Under the pieces are notes generated by a model. It saw only the letters and a list, made by a program, of their open reading frames with translations. It was not told the origin of the DNA and made no database searches. This document shows positions 1 to 12,550 of a DNA stretch of 34,661 nucleotides, in pieces. How positions within the stretch are numbered: position 1 is the first letter of the stretch; every line of letters starts with the position of its first letter. The DNA is from Takakia lepidozioides (lineage: Eukaryota > Plantae > Bryophyta): assembly GCA_030704615.1 (NCBI GenBank), contig JAKLZA010000333.1, positions 1-34,661 of the forward strand, given 5' to 3'. The position numbers were made by a program, and so were the translations under genes.

Positions 1-1
1 C

Positions 2-300
2 TGATGAATGCCCTTGGCAGGGCCAACCTGCTCCTAATCCGGCGCCCCCAACAACGAAATGTCTGCTGGCAAGGCTTGTTGGTATCCACGAACTGCAGAC
101 ACTGGCAACAAAGCAGGGTACTGTTGTACCAATTGAGCAACATGGCGCAGTGAGACGCGTCGTGCAGTCTCATCCCTCTCCACATACAGGTAACGTCGAA
201 CTCGTACACCTGCCTGTAGCACAGCAGCCAATCCGGTGCTGATCCCGCCAAACAAGTCCAGAAGGCAAATGCCTTCATCCGGATACTGCCACACAATAGG
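2..300 (-). pseudogene. DNMT3-like C5 cytosine methyltransferase domain within the retrotransposon polyprotein (stop and frameshift; truncated by window edge)
   Basis: ICLLDLFGGISTGLAAVLQAGVRVRRYLYVERDE matches motifs I-II (DNMT3: VLSLFDGIATG...YIASE). ADI matches motif III. After a TAG at 36-34 and a frame change, AGWPCQGHSS at 31..2 is the catalytic motif IV. Confidence 0.85.
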
Positions 301-632
301 TGTGGTATCCAATGGTGACAACTGAGGTGGTCCTGGTGCAATACCCGCACTCTCCTCCTCTCCTGACGGTACAAAAGCCTCTACCCAGGCTTGTTGCACC
401 CGTCGATCAGCAACCTGCTGCAAATCCTTGCTCGTACCCCACAATGGAGTGTGAGCAACCATGGCAGGCAACTCCGCCATACCATGCATGTCATCCTGCT
501 CTGCTGGAGGTGGCACATCCTTTGCATGGGCATTGCCCTCCAGCAACTCTCTAGGCCAACTAACTACAGCTGTAAAGGCGGCTAGTGTTGGCATCTTGCC
601 CCGCTGGGCAGCCGCTATACCCCCAATGAATG

Positions 633-1121
633 TCACAGGAGCTGTGCACGACGACCATCGCCTGACTGCCATCCAGGCCTGTAGGATGCTGACTCCTCCC
701 AAAAGTCCAGGGTGAAGCCCATGGGGTATAACACTGCCCCACCAATGAGGACATTGTAAGAGACCGCGTTTGTCACAATGGCCTTGGCTCGCATTATTGA
801 GCCATCGATAGGATGATCCGGCTGCAGTCTAATGGCCAACTGATGCCGTGTCATGCCCCGAGCCTGCTCTGATCCTCCCAGAGATGTCTGTATCTGGAAA
901 GGACAAGGCTCCATATCCGCCTCCATGAGGCCCAAACCTGCAATAGCAGCTCTGCCCAACATCAGTGGCTGAGCTCCCGAGTCCATCAAGACCCGCAGTG
1001 GCCCGTACTTCTTGCCTGCCAGTCCACTCAAAGTGAAAATGCCTCCCTGGTTGTCTAACAAGACAACTCCAGGTGTCACCATGGCGCGCTCAAAGGCTGG
1101 CCTAGCTGGCAGCTCCGTCAA
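633..1121 (-). CDS. Retropepsin-like aspartic protease (frameshifted segment of pol)
   Basis: VLMDSGAQPLML active site (D at 983-981) and C-terminal YNVLIGGAVL motif. Confidence 0.8.
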   Translation of the reverse strand: MTELPARPAFERAMVTPGVVLLDNQGGIFTLSGLAGKKYGPLRVLMDSGAQPLMLGRAAIAGLGLMEADMEPCPFQIQTSLGGSEQARGMTRHQLAIRLQPDHPIDGSIMRAKAIVTNAVSYNVLIGGAVLYPMGFTLDFWEESASYRPGWQSGDGRRAQLL

Positions 1122-1754
1122 CCTGGCAGCTGCAGCTTGCCAGGGCGCAGCCTGGCAGTCTTGACCCTCAAATCCGAGGATCCCTCTCCCTCTGCCACTA
1201 CACCTTCCACTAACTCCGCAGAAGATGAAGTGACCTCCCCACTCTCACAAAGTGTTGCTGCTAGTCTGAACACTGCAGCTGGCCTTACCCTCGGCATCGC
1301 AATCATGGTTGCCGAGAACAGTGGGGCTTGACACACAGAGGTGGCTGCCCCCAATAACACACCAGCTGCACTAGCCTTGGTAGCAGGTGTCAGTGCTGCA
1401 CGTGTAGCTCTCCCCAATGGCATAGTAACCTCCGCCTCGGTAACAGTCGGGCGAGAACTAGGTGCCATGGATGGCGTCGACACAATCTCCGCCAACGTGA
1501 ATGACTGAGGAAGCCTCGCCTGACGGCTTGCCTCCCCACGCTGTGGATCCATTCCACCTCTGCACCTCGTGGCTCAGGAACTCGTGCTGCTCCTCAAGTC
1601 ACGGCTGCAGCAGACTCCACCTGCTCTAGTGGTAGTGCTGCTCCGCATATGAATCCCATGCCTCCCATATCTCCTCCCTCAGGAGCAGGAGTGGACCATC
1701 CCGCTTGGAGCCGGTACCGCCTGAGCTATAGCCATGGCAGCGAGCCTCTGCTAG

Positions 1755-3229
1755 CTAGCTCTGAAGCCGATTGGCCATGCCTTGGTCAACACCCTGACCT
1801 CCGCGTCCTTGGCCATGTGGAGCTTGCCCTTGGCTTGCACCTCGTGCCCGACCACCTCGTCCTCTTTGGGCTGGTCCACCTCGCCCCCGGCCACCATTGT
1901 TCCCTTGGAACTGGCCTGGGCGCAACTCAGGATGCAAGTCATAACACTGGGCATCTCCATGCCCATACTTGCCACAATGCCCACACTGCAACTGTGCAGG
2001 CTGTGCTTGTGCCGGCCTTTTGCCACTCTCTGGGCAATCTCTCTTGACATGGGGTCCTCCACATGTCCAACATATCACCCCTGGTTGCTGTTGGCCTGCA
2101 AAGATGCCACGGGCCTCTGCACCTGAGGTCCCCTGTAAGCTCCATGGAACTTGGGCTGGGCAACCTTGCCCCCCTGACCACGCTGTTGGGCAATCCCTTG
2201 TGCCTGTGGGCTGACAGCTGTGCCCCGTGCAGGCATGTCCTTGCCAAATCCAATTGTAACAACTCGCTCCTCCACCATATTGAGCTCAATCCGCTCAACC
2301 AGCAGAAACACATCTGCTAATGTGGGTTGGGCTGCTTGTAACAGGGTTGCATCTCGCACCCTTCTCTTGAGCTCCTTATCCAGAATTCCATACCAAAACT
2401 GGATTGCTTGAGCTTCCAGTAACCCCTTGGGTCACACTTATCAAGCGCCTCATACGAGTGTACGCCCTCTCGCAGGTTCTCACTGGGTTTGCGCTGGAAG
2501 TCTTGCAAACTTCGCAGCTTCTCTATCCGTACACCTTGGTAGTTCCTCCGCAACTCCTGGAAGAACTCCACCACCGGGTTGAATCTAGGCACATGTGTTG
2601 TAATCGTGGCAGGAGGAGTAGTAGCACCTTTTGAACTGGTACCACCTGCAGAAGTACCAGCACTACTTGCTCCACTACTAGTGCTGGCAGTGGGAGCTAT
2701 TGGTACTGATGCAGCTACTGGTTGCGTCGTGCCTCGAGTAATGGAGACGTAGTCAGGTGACCAATACATCCTCCACTCCTCAATCTCTGCTTCATGTCCT
2801 CGCCTGAACTCGTGGTAATCGTCCATAGGCGGGCCTTCCAAATGCTGGAACAGTTCCTTTCCACGCCATGAATGGGGTGAATAGCTGTGGATTGCGCATC
2901 TGCTGCAAATCACACCAGCTGTCGAACTCCTGGATAAAGTCATCCAACTCGATTGTGCCCACAGCTCCAGAGTACCTACGATGCCTCTTGGTAGCTCCAT
3001 ACATCTCTTCCATGTCGTCCCACAACAATGGCGAATGAAAGTGCACACCTGTTGATGAAGCCTCCGAGTCTGTGTCTGACTCTACAGTAATTGAGGGTGG
3101 CGGTGAAGGTGGTCTGAACCGAATACCTCGTCTTGTGAGCCCACTCTCACTGTTACTGCCCGTAGCCGTACTCCCCTCAAAACCCTTGGGTAACTCCGTA
3201 ATGACATTCACAATGTGCACCTCCTCCAC
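1755..3229 (-). pseudogene. Retrotransposon Gag (capsid-like region plus two CCHC zinc knuckles), broken over several frames
   Basis: RYSGAVGTIELDDFIQEFDSWCD.. and LQDFQRKPSENLRE capsid-like segments; CWTCGGPHVKRDC and CGHCGKYGHGDAQC knuckles followed by an RG-rich tail. Confidence 0.8.
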
Positions 3230-3266
3230 GTGACACTATAAGGCTCTAGTACTAATCTAATAGTGA

Positions 3267-3280
3267 CACGGGTGGGCACC
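3267..3280 (-). promoter_or_regulatory. Primer-binding site, tRNA-Lys-like
   Basis: GGTGCCCACCCGTG immediately after the LTR CA end; resembles TGGCGCCCACCGTGG, the complement of the plant tRNA-Lys(CTT) 3' end. Confidence 0.55.
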
Positions 3281-3485
3281 TGTTGCAGTTTAAGGGTCAT
3301 ATCCCAATGGCTCAGGGCACCTGCACCTGCATCCACCGCAAGAACTCCTATGGTTGGCTGGTCATCAACCCAGCCTCACCATAGAAGAAACACTGGTGGT
3401 CTTGCTGGTCATTACTCCAGCCTCACCACCGACAGCATACTCTAGGATTGACCGGGGATCAAATCCGGCCTAATCCCTATGAAAG
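3281..3485 (-). repeat. 3' portion of the 5' LTR of the DNMT-carrying retrotransposon, interrupted by the MULE at 3486
   Basis: TGTTGCAG at 3281 on the + strand (CAACA end on the - strand) adjacent to the PBS; non-coding. Confidence 0.6.
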
Positions 3486-6307
3486 GAGGTTTACTATTTC
3501 ATGAGTAGAAACCATGAGCCATGAGCCATGAGCCGCATGAGCCGCATGAGCGGTGAGCCGAAGTCTAAGATACGCGGATTTCATGAGCGGACTCCTCCAA
3601 ATTTGGAAATGCGGCAGATTAAACAAGTATTAAAATAATAGTTTTTTATTTGACCTTGCCGTTTTTGGACGTTCCAGATCATGTAATGCGGCGAAGATAT
3701 GTCGTCAGTAACAAGTCCGCTCATGGTTTTATAGATCCGCTCATGGAAATAAGTGACCGTGCAACGGGAAATCCAGTATACCACTGCAAAAGGACGTCGC
3801 ATACTGGCCTGTATAGAGTATTCCGCGGTTTTACATGCCTTAACATTGGAATGAAGCTGACCCTTTTGCCGCGATTGAACCAATGGAGTCTGCACCAATA
3901 CAGTCTGCAGTACTTCACAATTCTGTCTTCTTCGGGTATTCGGCGGGAAAGGTTTGCAACTGAACTGGGAAATAGGGGTGCCGCATTAGGGTTCGCACGT
4001 GCGAAATTTCGGAGCGGTTTGGTGTTGGCGAAGGCCGCCTCTGGGGGTACCTACGACGATACTTGGAAATTCGGCGCCGCATTTCCTTGTCGGAGGTCGA
4101 ATGAGGAGAGCAAGTTTTCGGAAAGCAGAAAAACATGAACCCTCCAACATACAAAAATACATGCACGTGGAAACAAGTGAACGATATAGTAATATCTTAG
4201 TTCGATCAAAACAGGTTACTGGTAGGCAAGACATATGTCGGACCTTTGTGTGGCCAGAGTCTGAGGTACTGGCAGCAGTACAGTTCTACTATCCGATGGG
4301 CGTACCATTGTATGTGGACCGCAAGCCAAGCTCACTGGTCCCCTGGATCCATATTCAGAAGAGTGTGAACCTCCTGGGGGCTCAACCCTGGTGCATGTAT
4401 GAAGTGATGAGTTGTGGAATTACAACGGAGTCTCTTTAGGTACACGTAGTACAAATGCTTGCAAGGGCAGTATGATGCCCCCTTGTTCGCCATGATCTGG
4501 AAGTCGGTGCAATTGCAGGTGGGTAATTCTGAAATGGTGATGGTGTACACCTCATTGCGAACAGCTGAGCCCGCCGTGGCCATCTGATACACACGCCCGA
4601 ATCCTGGTGGGGGCACTTCTGTCGAGCTCTGGATTGTACAGTTCATCCGAAGTGCATTCCCCATCCTTGTCTCGTTCACTTTTGAGGGAGGTCGCCGCCT
4701 CTTCGCGTTCCCCCAACGGTGTGTAGGATGCTTAGAGCTGTCGTGTCCCATTGTTCTTGCTCTCACAGGGGTCGGTGGTGGAGGCTGTGGAAGCGGAAAT
4801 GGTTGTCTGGGCACGTCAGTGCGCTGCACCATCCGAAATCCTGCGGCGGTAAGGGCGTCGGCCTCAACCTGACTCAGATCGCTGCCTGGTTCCACCGGCC
4901 ACACCGGGGGAGCCTCTGGCATTGTCTGTATGCCGTACTTGGGCTTTCCATACACGCAAGTCATAATGTCGTGCCTGCAGAACCAGAACTGGGTGGTTGT
5001 CGCCTCCGCAAACTTTGCATGGACAAATCTTCCTGTAAAAGTAGGATAGCAGGGACAGCCCCATCTGGATTCCTCCTTATCATCTCTAAACAACGTTGCC
5101 GTGTATCCACAGAATTGCGGAACACCTTCCTCGAAACGACGGCTTTGTGCGAGCAATTCTCCACTGTGAGGCAGACACAGTCGTCTCCACAATGGTTTGG
5201 CCATACTGCATAACAGCGGGCGGAATGTGGGGCAAGGAGCGGTGGGAATTTGTTGCACGAAATCCCGGGTTGAAGGCGACGGCGATCTGGAATTTCTTGG
5301 GCTTCCACTGCTGGAAGACACATTGTGCGGCAACATGACGGGACCTCGAGGTGCTGTCCGAATGTTCCTGTCGGATCTCCAGGAATCCTCTTCGCACCCG
5401 GGTTCCTCTTCAATCCTCCGCCTGACAGGGCGAGTCCGGACGTCCCCCTCTAGGTGTTCACCTCTGCGGTGCAGAGGCGTCCCTTTGATCTTCTCTCGCA
5501 ATGCTGTCGCCCATTTCACTGGATTCTTGGACCTCGAAGCTGTTCGTACCAACAATTCCTCCCTGTCTGGCCCAAAGCCCCATTGTTTGCCGCTCAGGAA
5601 CTTGTAGTACGTGGCTTGCTGCATGATTGCTCTGTCGATGTCCTCCGTTGTGGCCGTCACTACGTCCACCAGATGTGCGGCAGAAGACGCTCGCCAGGAG
5701 GAGTGGACCGATTCTGCCATATTCGTGTTCGGCATGTCCGTGTCGGAATCCAAGCACCGCTCCTAGAAGGACACAAACAATGGTGAGGGACCAATCGAAA
5801 TGTCCGTAACAGAAAGACAAATGAACGAAAATGACAGCAGCCTACCTCCCGCATGTACTGTCCGAACTGTCGATACCGAAAATGCCACCACCCCAACCAG
5901 CTGTGCAATGCTCCCAGATTGGTTGTCTCCACTGCACCTGCCATGTTCCACCAAGCCTTGATGATATAAAACTTAACCTCCGCGTCATCAAATGTGGGTG
6001 CATCCTTCCACGCCGTACAAAGGACACGGTGTTCAGCCTGGAATGAGCTAGCAACAAATTTGGTAGTGTAGTGGGATAGACTCTGCATCCAATGGAATCC
6101 ACATGATCTCTCTTTCCCCTCCATTGGAACATTGGGGTCCTCACCGTACACACGCCGCACCGCTGCCCAGTTGGCCTGAGCGTTGTCTGCCATGAATCCC
6201 CTGAAATTGGGCTCTGGCAATCCCGCCCTTGCGATCTGCTCGTTTATGCCCTCCCACAGATGCATTTCGGACTGTGTGTCCTCCCCTTTCATCTCGCAGA
6301 TTGCAAT
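3486..6307 (-). mobile_element. Truncated Mutator-like (MULE) element, copy 1 (transposase-3' end only)
   Basis: Terminus GAGGTTTACTATTTCATGAG at 3486 matches the terminus of the element at 33219; subterminal CATGAGC repeats at 3513-3590; palindrome copy at ~4065-4086; cut by an LTR at 6308. Confidence 0.85.
4332..6307 (-). CDS. MULE DDE transposase, C-terminal part with SWIM zinc finger (exons ~6307-5846 and 5762-4332)
   Basis: FMADNAQAN (2nd D), CGFH (CxxH), TNMAES (E), CNCTDF..CPCKH SWIM; GT-AG intron 5845..5763 keeps the frame. Confidence 0.85.
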
Positions 6308-7031
6308 TGTCGCGGCCCTTTGCCTTGAGGGCAGGGGGGTCGGGACACATGAGGGGCTGCCCCTGTGGTGGGGGCAGCGGCAGCGATAGGTATGGGGGGC
6401 TGAAGCACCCTTGAGTGCCCAAGGCACTCAAGGAGGCGGAGGCGCTCACTAGGTGGAGCCCCGCACACCGGGTTGCGGTGGAGGTGGCTCCACAAGGGGT
6501 GGTGGTAGCTTAGTGGGACTTAGTGGGGGTGGCATAGGACTCACCATGGGGTGGAGACCTCGAGGTGGGAGTCGTGGGGAGTCTTGGGACTCATCACGGT
6601 CCATTGGGGCCGCGTGAGTGGGCCAAGACTCACCGCGACTCACCACCGGGAGTCGAGGGTTTTCGTGGTGGTTCGCCATAAAATGGCATGGCTGGTTATG
6701 AAACCCCCGCGGACAGCTACAGAAGTATATATAGGGAGTAGTAACCCCGAGAACGGTGCAAGCCCGTTGGTGACCAAAAACTAGTGAGTAAGCGAGCGAG
6801 CCGGAAAGCGACCAAAGAGTGGGGAGCTGTTCCGGACTGCCATCTACCAAAGGGAATTCTCCTAGTCCCAAATAGGTGGAGGGTTTAGAGGGAAGCGGAA
6901 GGGGACCGTTATGTCCCGGTGAGCAGCCGAAACTCCAAGTTGGCCCGGCGGCCAGGTTGGGAGTCAGGCGCGCGCATCAAAGCGAGTAACTATGACTTGA
7001 AGGGGAGTTTACCGAACTGAGGTGTGCGACA
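6308..7031 (+). repeat. 5' LTR (724 bp)
   Basis: TG...CA ends with 6-bp terminal inverted repeat; TATA-like TATATATAG at ~6727; direct repeat of 12551-13291. Confidence 0.95.
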
Positions 7032-7033
7032 CT

Positions 7034-7045
7034 TGGTATCAGAGC
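7034..7045 (+). promoter_or_regulatory. Primer-binding site, tRNA-iMet
   Basis: TGGTATCAGAGC 2 nt after the LTR end. Confidence 0.95.
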
Positions 7046-7086
7046 TTAGAGTTCAGTACGCGATCGTCCTTGGGATTGGCCTCATC

Positions 7087-10000
7087 ATGGGGTCGGGCAA
7101 GCCGAAGCGAAAGCGGAACGGCCCAAAAGATGATGATCCCGGTGAGCCCGATGGGGGCGACGTGTCACCGAGGCGGCCGTTTGAGGAAGCGATTAATGTT
7201 TCCGAAAACGAGGCCGCTCAGGAGCGGGAGGAATCCGAGGAGTCGGAGCCCGAGGAATCTTTGAGAGCTCCGACAAACCAAGAGATGCCTCCCATGCCGG
7301 CAGCCTTTTGGGAAGGGTTGTTGGCGCAGTTTGGCGGGACGTTGAAAGACGTGTTGAAGGCGGCTAATGCCACTTCCACCAAGGCAAAGTTTAAGGTGAA
7401 GCCTAAGGAACCCGGCACCTTCGAGGGCGTTCGAAACCGGAAGGCACTCAACACCTGGCTCCTGGAGCTAGAGCAGTACTTCCGGGCGGCCAAGTTGAGT
7501 GACGAGGATCGGGTGGAAGTGGCTCCCACCTATTTGAGGGGCTATGCTCAACAATGGTGGCAGAAACGCCTTCACGACCGAGGCCCAAGCCCGGAAACCT
7601 TGAACTGGAGTGAGTTCAAGGAATTGATGAAGAGACAGTTTGTGCCCCTCAACGCATCCTGGCTTGCCCGGGACAAGATGAGGAATTTGAAGCAAACAGA
7701 TGACATTCGGGGGTATGTCCAGGCTTTCAATGTGCTGTTGCTCGAAGTCGCGGACATGGCAGAACCAGAAATGGTCTTCAACTTTGTGGCGGGACTGGCC
7801 CCATGGGCTAGGCGGAAGTTGGAGGAGAAGCCACCCAAGACTTTGAACGAGGCAATTGAGAGAGCTGAATGTTTCTCGGATGTCCCTAGGGGTGAGAGAC
7901 AAGGCCGTACGGAGCTGAACCACAAGAAGACCCGGCGGGAAGGTGACTCCTCCCGACCGGAAAAGAAGTGGGATAGGCCACGCGGCGAAAATGGCACGTG
8001 GAAATCGAAGGGAGGTCCTTCACACGTCAAGGCGGCACCCGGTGCTTCGAAAGGAAAAGCGGGTGGAGCGACTTATGGCGGACAGAAGGCGACCTTTGAT
8101 GGAGTGTGTTTCAATTGCGGGGAGCCCGGGCACATGGCCAAGAAGTGCACGAAGCCCCGGCAATTGAACATGACTCGGGCGACCACGGAGCTGTCGGAAG
8201 ATACCATCAGTCGCTTGGTGGAAGCGGTGGTCGCCAGGACTTGCAAGGTAGGCAAATTTTCTTGTGAGTTGTATCAGGAAACTGGCGCCTTACGAAAAGG
8301 GAGTCAGTTATTGTTCGTGGATGGGATAATATCCGGAACTAATGTGTCGTTGTTGGTGGACACAGGAGCGTCGCACTCCTTCATGACGCCGGCGGCGGCG
8401 CGAAAGTTGGGACTCCCGACAAGTGACGTGGGGGCCTCTATTGAGGTGCGCTCTGCCAAAGGAGAACCTCAGTTGGCGACAAGGTTGGCGTTTGATGTTC
8501 CTCTTCAACTGGGGAGTTGGGAGGGACGTGAGAACTTCACTATCTGCGAGATCGATGGAGTGGATCTCATTTTGGGAATGACCTTTTTGAGCAAATCCGG
8601 AGCGGTCATAGATGGCCGCAAGAGAGTAGTCACGCTGCCATGTGGGAATGGTGGCGAGGTTTTACGAGTGTCGGAAACGCCCAAATCCGTGGGAGGGCGA
8701 ATAAACCTTCTATCAGCAAAGGAGTGGGCCGTGGAGGAGACACACGAGTCCCAGTTTTTGCTTTACATTAGAGAAGTGAAAGGAGAAGGCGATGGGGAGC
8801 CGAGCCCAGATTGGATCAAGGGGATTTTGGAGAAATACCAGGATGTGATGCCGGAGGATTTACCAAGCGGCTTGCCACCGCGAAGAGGAGTTGACCACAA
8901 AATTGAGGTGATACCGGGATCGGAACCGCCTGCCAAGGCGCCCTACCGGTTGAGCCACAAAGAGTTGGTCGAGCTGAAGACTCAGCTCAAAGATCTAATG
9001 TCAAAGGGGTACATCCGGCCGAGTAAGTCACCTTACGGAGCCCCGGTGCTATTTGCAGACAAGAAGGATGGGACGCTGCGGATGTGTGTCGATTACAGGG
9101 CTCTGAATAAGGTGACTATCAAAAACCGGTACCCTTTGCCAAGGATCGACGACCTCTTCGATCGGTTGGCAGGAGCGAAGTATTTCAGCCGGATCGACTT
9201 GCGCTCCGGCTATCACCAAATTCGGGTGGCGGAAGGAGATGAGGAGAAGACCGCGTGCAGGACAAGGTATGGTTCATATGAGTTCTTGGTGATGCCTTTT
9301 GGGCTCACCAATGCACCAGCGACATTTAGCACGCTGATGAACAGCCTTTTCCAGGAGTGGTTGGATGACTTTGTGATCGTGTACATCGACGACATCTTGG
9401 TGTACTCGAAAACAAAGGAGGAGCACCTGGAGCACCTCAAAAGGGTGTTCCAAAAATTGCGAGAAGGGAAGCTGTATGCCAAAGCTTCAAAGTGCGAATT
9501 CGGGGTCACAAAAGTGGAGTTCTTGGGGCACGTGATTACACAGGATGGGATCAAAATGGATGACAGAAAGGTGAGGGCGATCTTGGACTGGGAGCCTCCG
9601 ACTTCGGTCCCGGGAGTGCGATCCTTCCTAGGACTCGCCTCCTATTACCGGAAGTATGTGAGAAATTTCGCCAAGATCGCGGGGCCGCTGTCGGACCTTC
9701 TGTGTAAATCCAAAGTCTGGGTATGGAACACATTTTGTGGCCAAGCTTTTGCTGAATTGAAGCAGCGGATGACGGAAGCTCCAGTCTTAAAAATCCCGGA
9801 GTTCGATCGTCCGTTTGAGATTCATACAGATGCATCGGACTTCGCAATTGGGGGTGTACTTATGCAAGATGGACGTCCAGTGGCTTACGAAAGTAAGAAA
9901 CTGAATGAAGTGGAGCGACGGTGGCCGACGCACGAAAAAGAGATGAAGGCGGTGGTACATTGCCTTGAACTCTGGCGCCACTATGTTGGTTCCAACCCAG

Positions 10001-11646
10001 TGAAGGTGTTCACGGACAATGTCACGGTGAAGTATTTTGCCACGCAGCCCAAGTTGTCCCCAAAACAACTTAGGTGGCAAGATACTTTGGCAGTGTTCGA
10101 CGTGGATATCCAGTACAAACCGGGACGGGACAATGTGGTGGCCGATGCTTTAAGTAGAAAGCAGCAGCTCTTGTTGGTGTACAAGGGCGAGACGGCGCTC
10201 CAAAGGAAGATCCGGAAGGCTTGCCGGAAGGATGAGCTGGCAAAGTGCGTGATGCAGAACTTGAGAATGGGGGTTAAATCGCAGTTCCACTTGCAAAACG
10301 GACTGCTCCGGTATAAGCAAAAACGTCTCTATGTGCCAAAGGGAGGGATCAGGATAGTCTCTTGAGAGAATGCCATGATAGCCCGCTTGCGGGCCACGGT
10401 GGAGCCAAGCGCACTGCGGCACTCTTGAAGAAAGAGTATTTCTGGCCCAAACTGAGGGAGGAGGCAGAGGAGTATGTAAAGACATGCACCACATGCCAAC
10501 AAAACCGGAGCGAGTATAAAAAGCAAGCGGGGCTGTTACAACCCTTGCCGATTCCAGAGGGGACTTGGGAAAGCGTCTCGATGGATTTCATGACTGCTAT
10601 GCCGCTGTCAAAAGGATTCGATGCAATCATGGTGGTGGTAGATAGGTTCAGTAAAATGGCCCATTTCATCCCCACCAAGGAGACGGCAACTGCGCAGGAG
10701 ACAGGGCGACTTTACTTCGCCCACGTCTTAAAGCATCATGGAGTCCCGAAGGATATTGTCTCGGACCGCGACCCAAAGTTTACGAGTAAATTCTGGAGAG
10801 CACTTTGGAAGAAGATGGGGACGAGGCTGAAGATGAGCACCGCCTTCCGACCTACGACGGACGGCCAAACGGAAAGAGTGAATTCCGTAGTGAAGCAATT
10901 CTTGCGGAATTACGTGTCGGCAGACCAATCAGACTGGATGGAACACTTAGACGCGGCAGAGTTCTGTTATAATAACACAGAACACTCCGCGACGGGAGTT
11001 TCCCCTTTTGTGTTGGTCTATGGAAAAGCACCTCTGGTGCCGACAAGTTGGGCCGCCCAGGACGTTGAGGAACCGGCAGTAGCGGCGGTACTGGAAGAAC
11101 GCGAGCGTTTGTTGAAGCTCGCAAAGTACAACATTGCCAAAGCTAGGAAACGGTATGAAAGGCAGGCGAATCGGAAGCGGAGGGAAGTGAAGTTTGAGGC
11201 AGGCACAGAGGTCTGGTTGAACATCAAGAATTTTCGACTACCTCCGGAAGTGAGTCCGAAGTTCGTACCTCCGTATGCGGGTCCCTTTCGCATTCGGAGG
11301 GTTATGAATGAGGATGTGTATGAATTGGAGCTGCCGCAAACAGCAAGGTGCACCCAGTATTCCATGTCTCCCTTTTGAAGCCTTACTTCAAAGATGAAGC
11401 ACGTCCGAATCGGCAGCAAGTGTTGCGTCCGCCACCTATGCTGTTGGATCATGAAAATGAACCGAGTACGAGGTGGAGGCAATACTTAAGTCGAGGAGGT
11501 TCAAGAACCGAGAAACGGAGTATCTCGTCAAATGGAAGGGCTATCATCTTGTGGAGGCATCTTGGGTGCGTGCCTCAGAAATGGGAAACGCATCCGAGGC
11601 AGTTGCAGCGTTCGAAGGGCGACCTCAAAAGCGGAAGAAGCGTTGA
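7087..11646 (+). CDS. Gag-Pol polyprotein with chromodomain; three apparent frameshifts (~10360, ~11350, ~11460)
   Basis: [14 protein letters not shown] knuckle, LVDTGASH protease, YIDD RT, TDASD RNase H, HHCC and DDE integrase, PPYAGPF, chromodomain [19 protein letters not shown] at 11464-11646. Confidence 0.93.
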
Positions 11647-12550
11647 TGGGGACATCAACCTTGGAGCGTGGGGAGGAAATGCATGCTTAGCCCGGTTTAG
11701 CTAGCTCAGGAATCCGATTGCAAAAACTTGTATTGTACAAAAATTTGTGATAAAGGAAATGGGTTCCAAATATTGTGCGTCCTATTGTGTTTGGAATGGT
11801 GATGCATGGTGTGGTTGGCTAGTGTGTAGAATGCATGCTAGCTTACAAAAGTGGGAGAGGTAAATTGGGTTAATCGTGTGTTTGCGCAGTGCCGAAATCG
11901 GGTGACTCCCATCCAAGGGGCAAGGAAACTTGCGCCTTATTTGGGAGTTCAAGTGCTAGTGCGCACCTGGCGCGTGCGCGTACTATAACTGCGCTACCGA
12001 GGGGGTTGCCTTGTAGTGCGGGCTAACGCGGAAGCTACGTGCTTCCGTTCACGTACTATAATCGTGTAGCCTCGGGACGAAGTCGTAGTGCGGCTTCGGC
12101 GTGTTCCCGTACCTCAGGCCAGCATTCCAAGGCGGACCCAATTGTAGTGATTGGGGCGCACGGTTGGTTCAAGGTTATCTTCCTAGTCAAAGAGGGTTCC
12201 AGGTGAACCCTTGCTCAAGGTGATGCCAAAAGCGGCATCATGAGCGATCGCAAGCAATGTTGTTGCAGTAAGGCGATTCGATCCTCGGGGAGGATCGTTC
12301 CTTGGCCTTGAAGTAGGCCAAGAAGAGTGCACTGGGAGGAGCTGGAGAGGCTCCACCCTTGGCCGGGACTTGGAGGAAGTCGGCCGAACTAGCTAGTGGA
12401 GAGTAGAGTCAAGTGTGGGTTTGGTTCTTTGCCATGGGACGCCATGGTACAGAAACAAACTCCTTGATGTGGGACGCCACAACTTGGATGTTCGTTTCTA
12501 CAAAATGGACAAGTCGATGAGGACATCGACTCCCTGTTGGTAGGGGTGTG

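Larger units (their letters stand above)
1..3485 (-). mobile_element. Ty3/Gypsy-like LTR retrotransposon, 5' part (LTR remnant-PBS-gag-protease-C5 DNA methyltransferase); continues off the left edge
   Basis: LTR end ...CAACA at 3281 directly followed by a PBS-like sequence; gag with two Zn knuckles; aspartic protease DSG; DNMT motifs; several frameshifts. Confidence 0.85.

Noticed and set aside
5660-6427. 255-aa ORF as an independent protein
   Set aside because: Chimeric read-through from antisense LTR sequence into a transposase exon and its intron.
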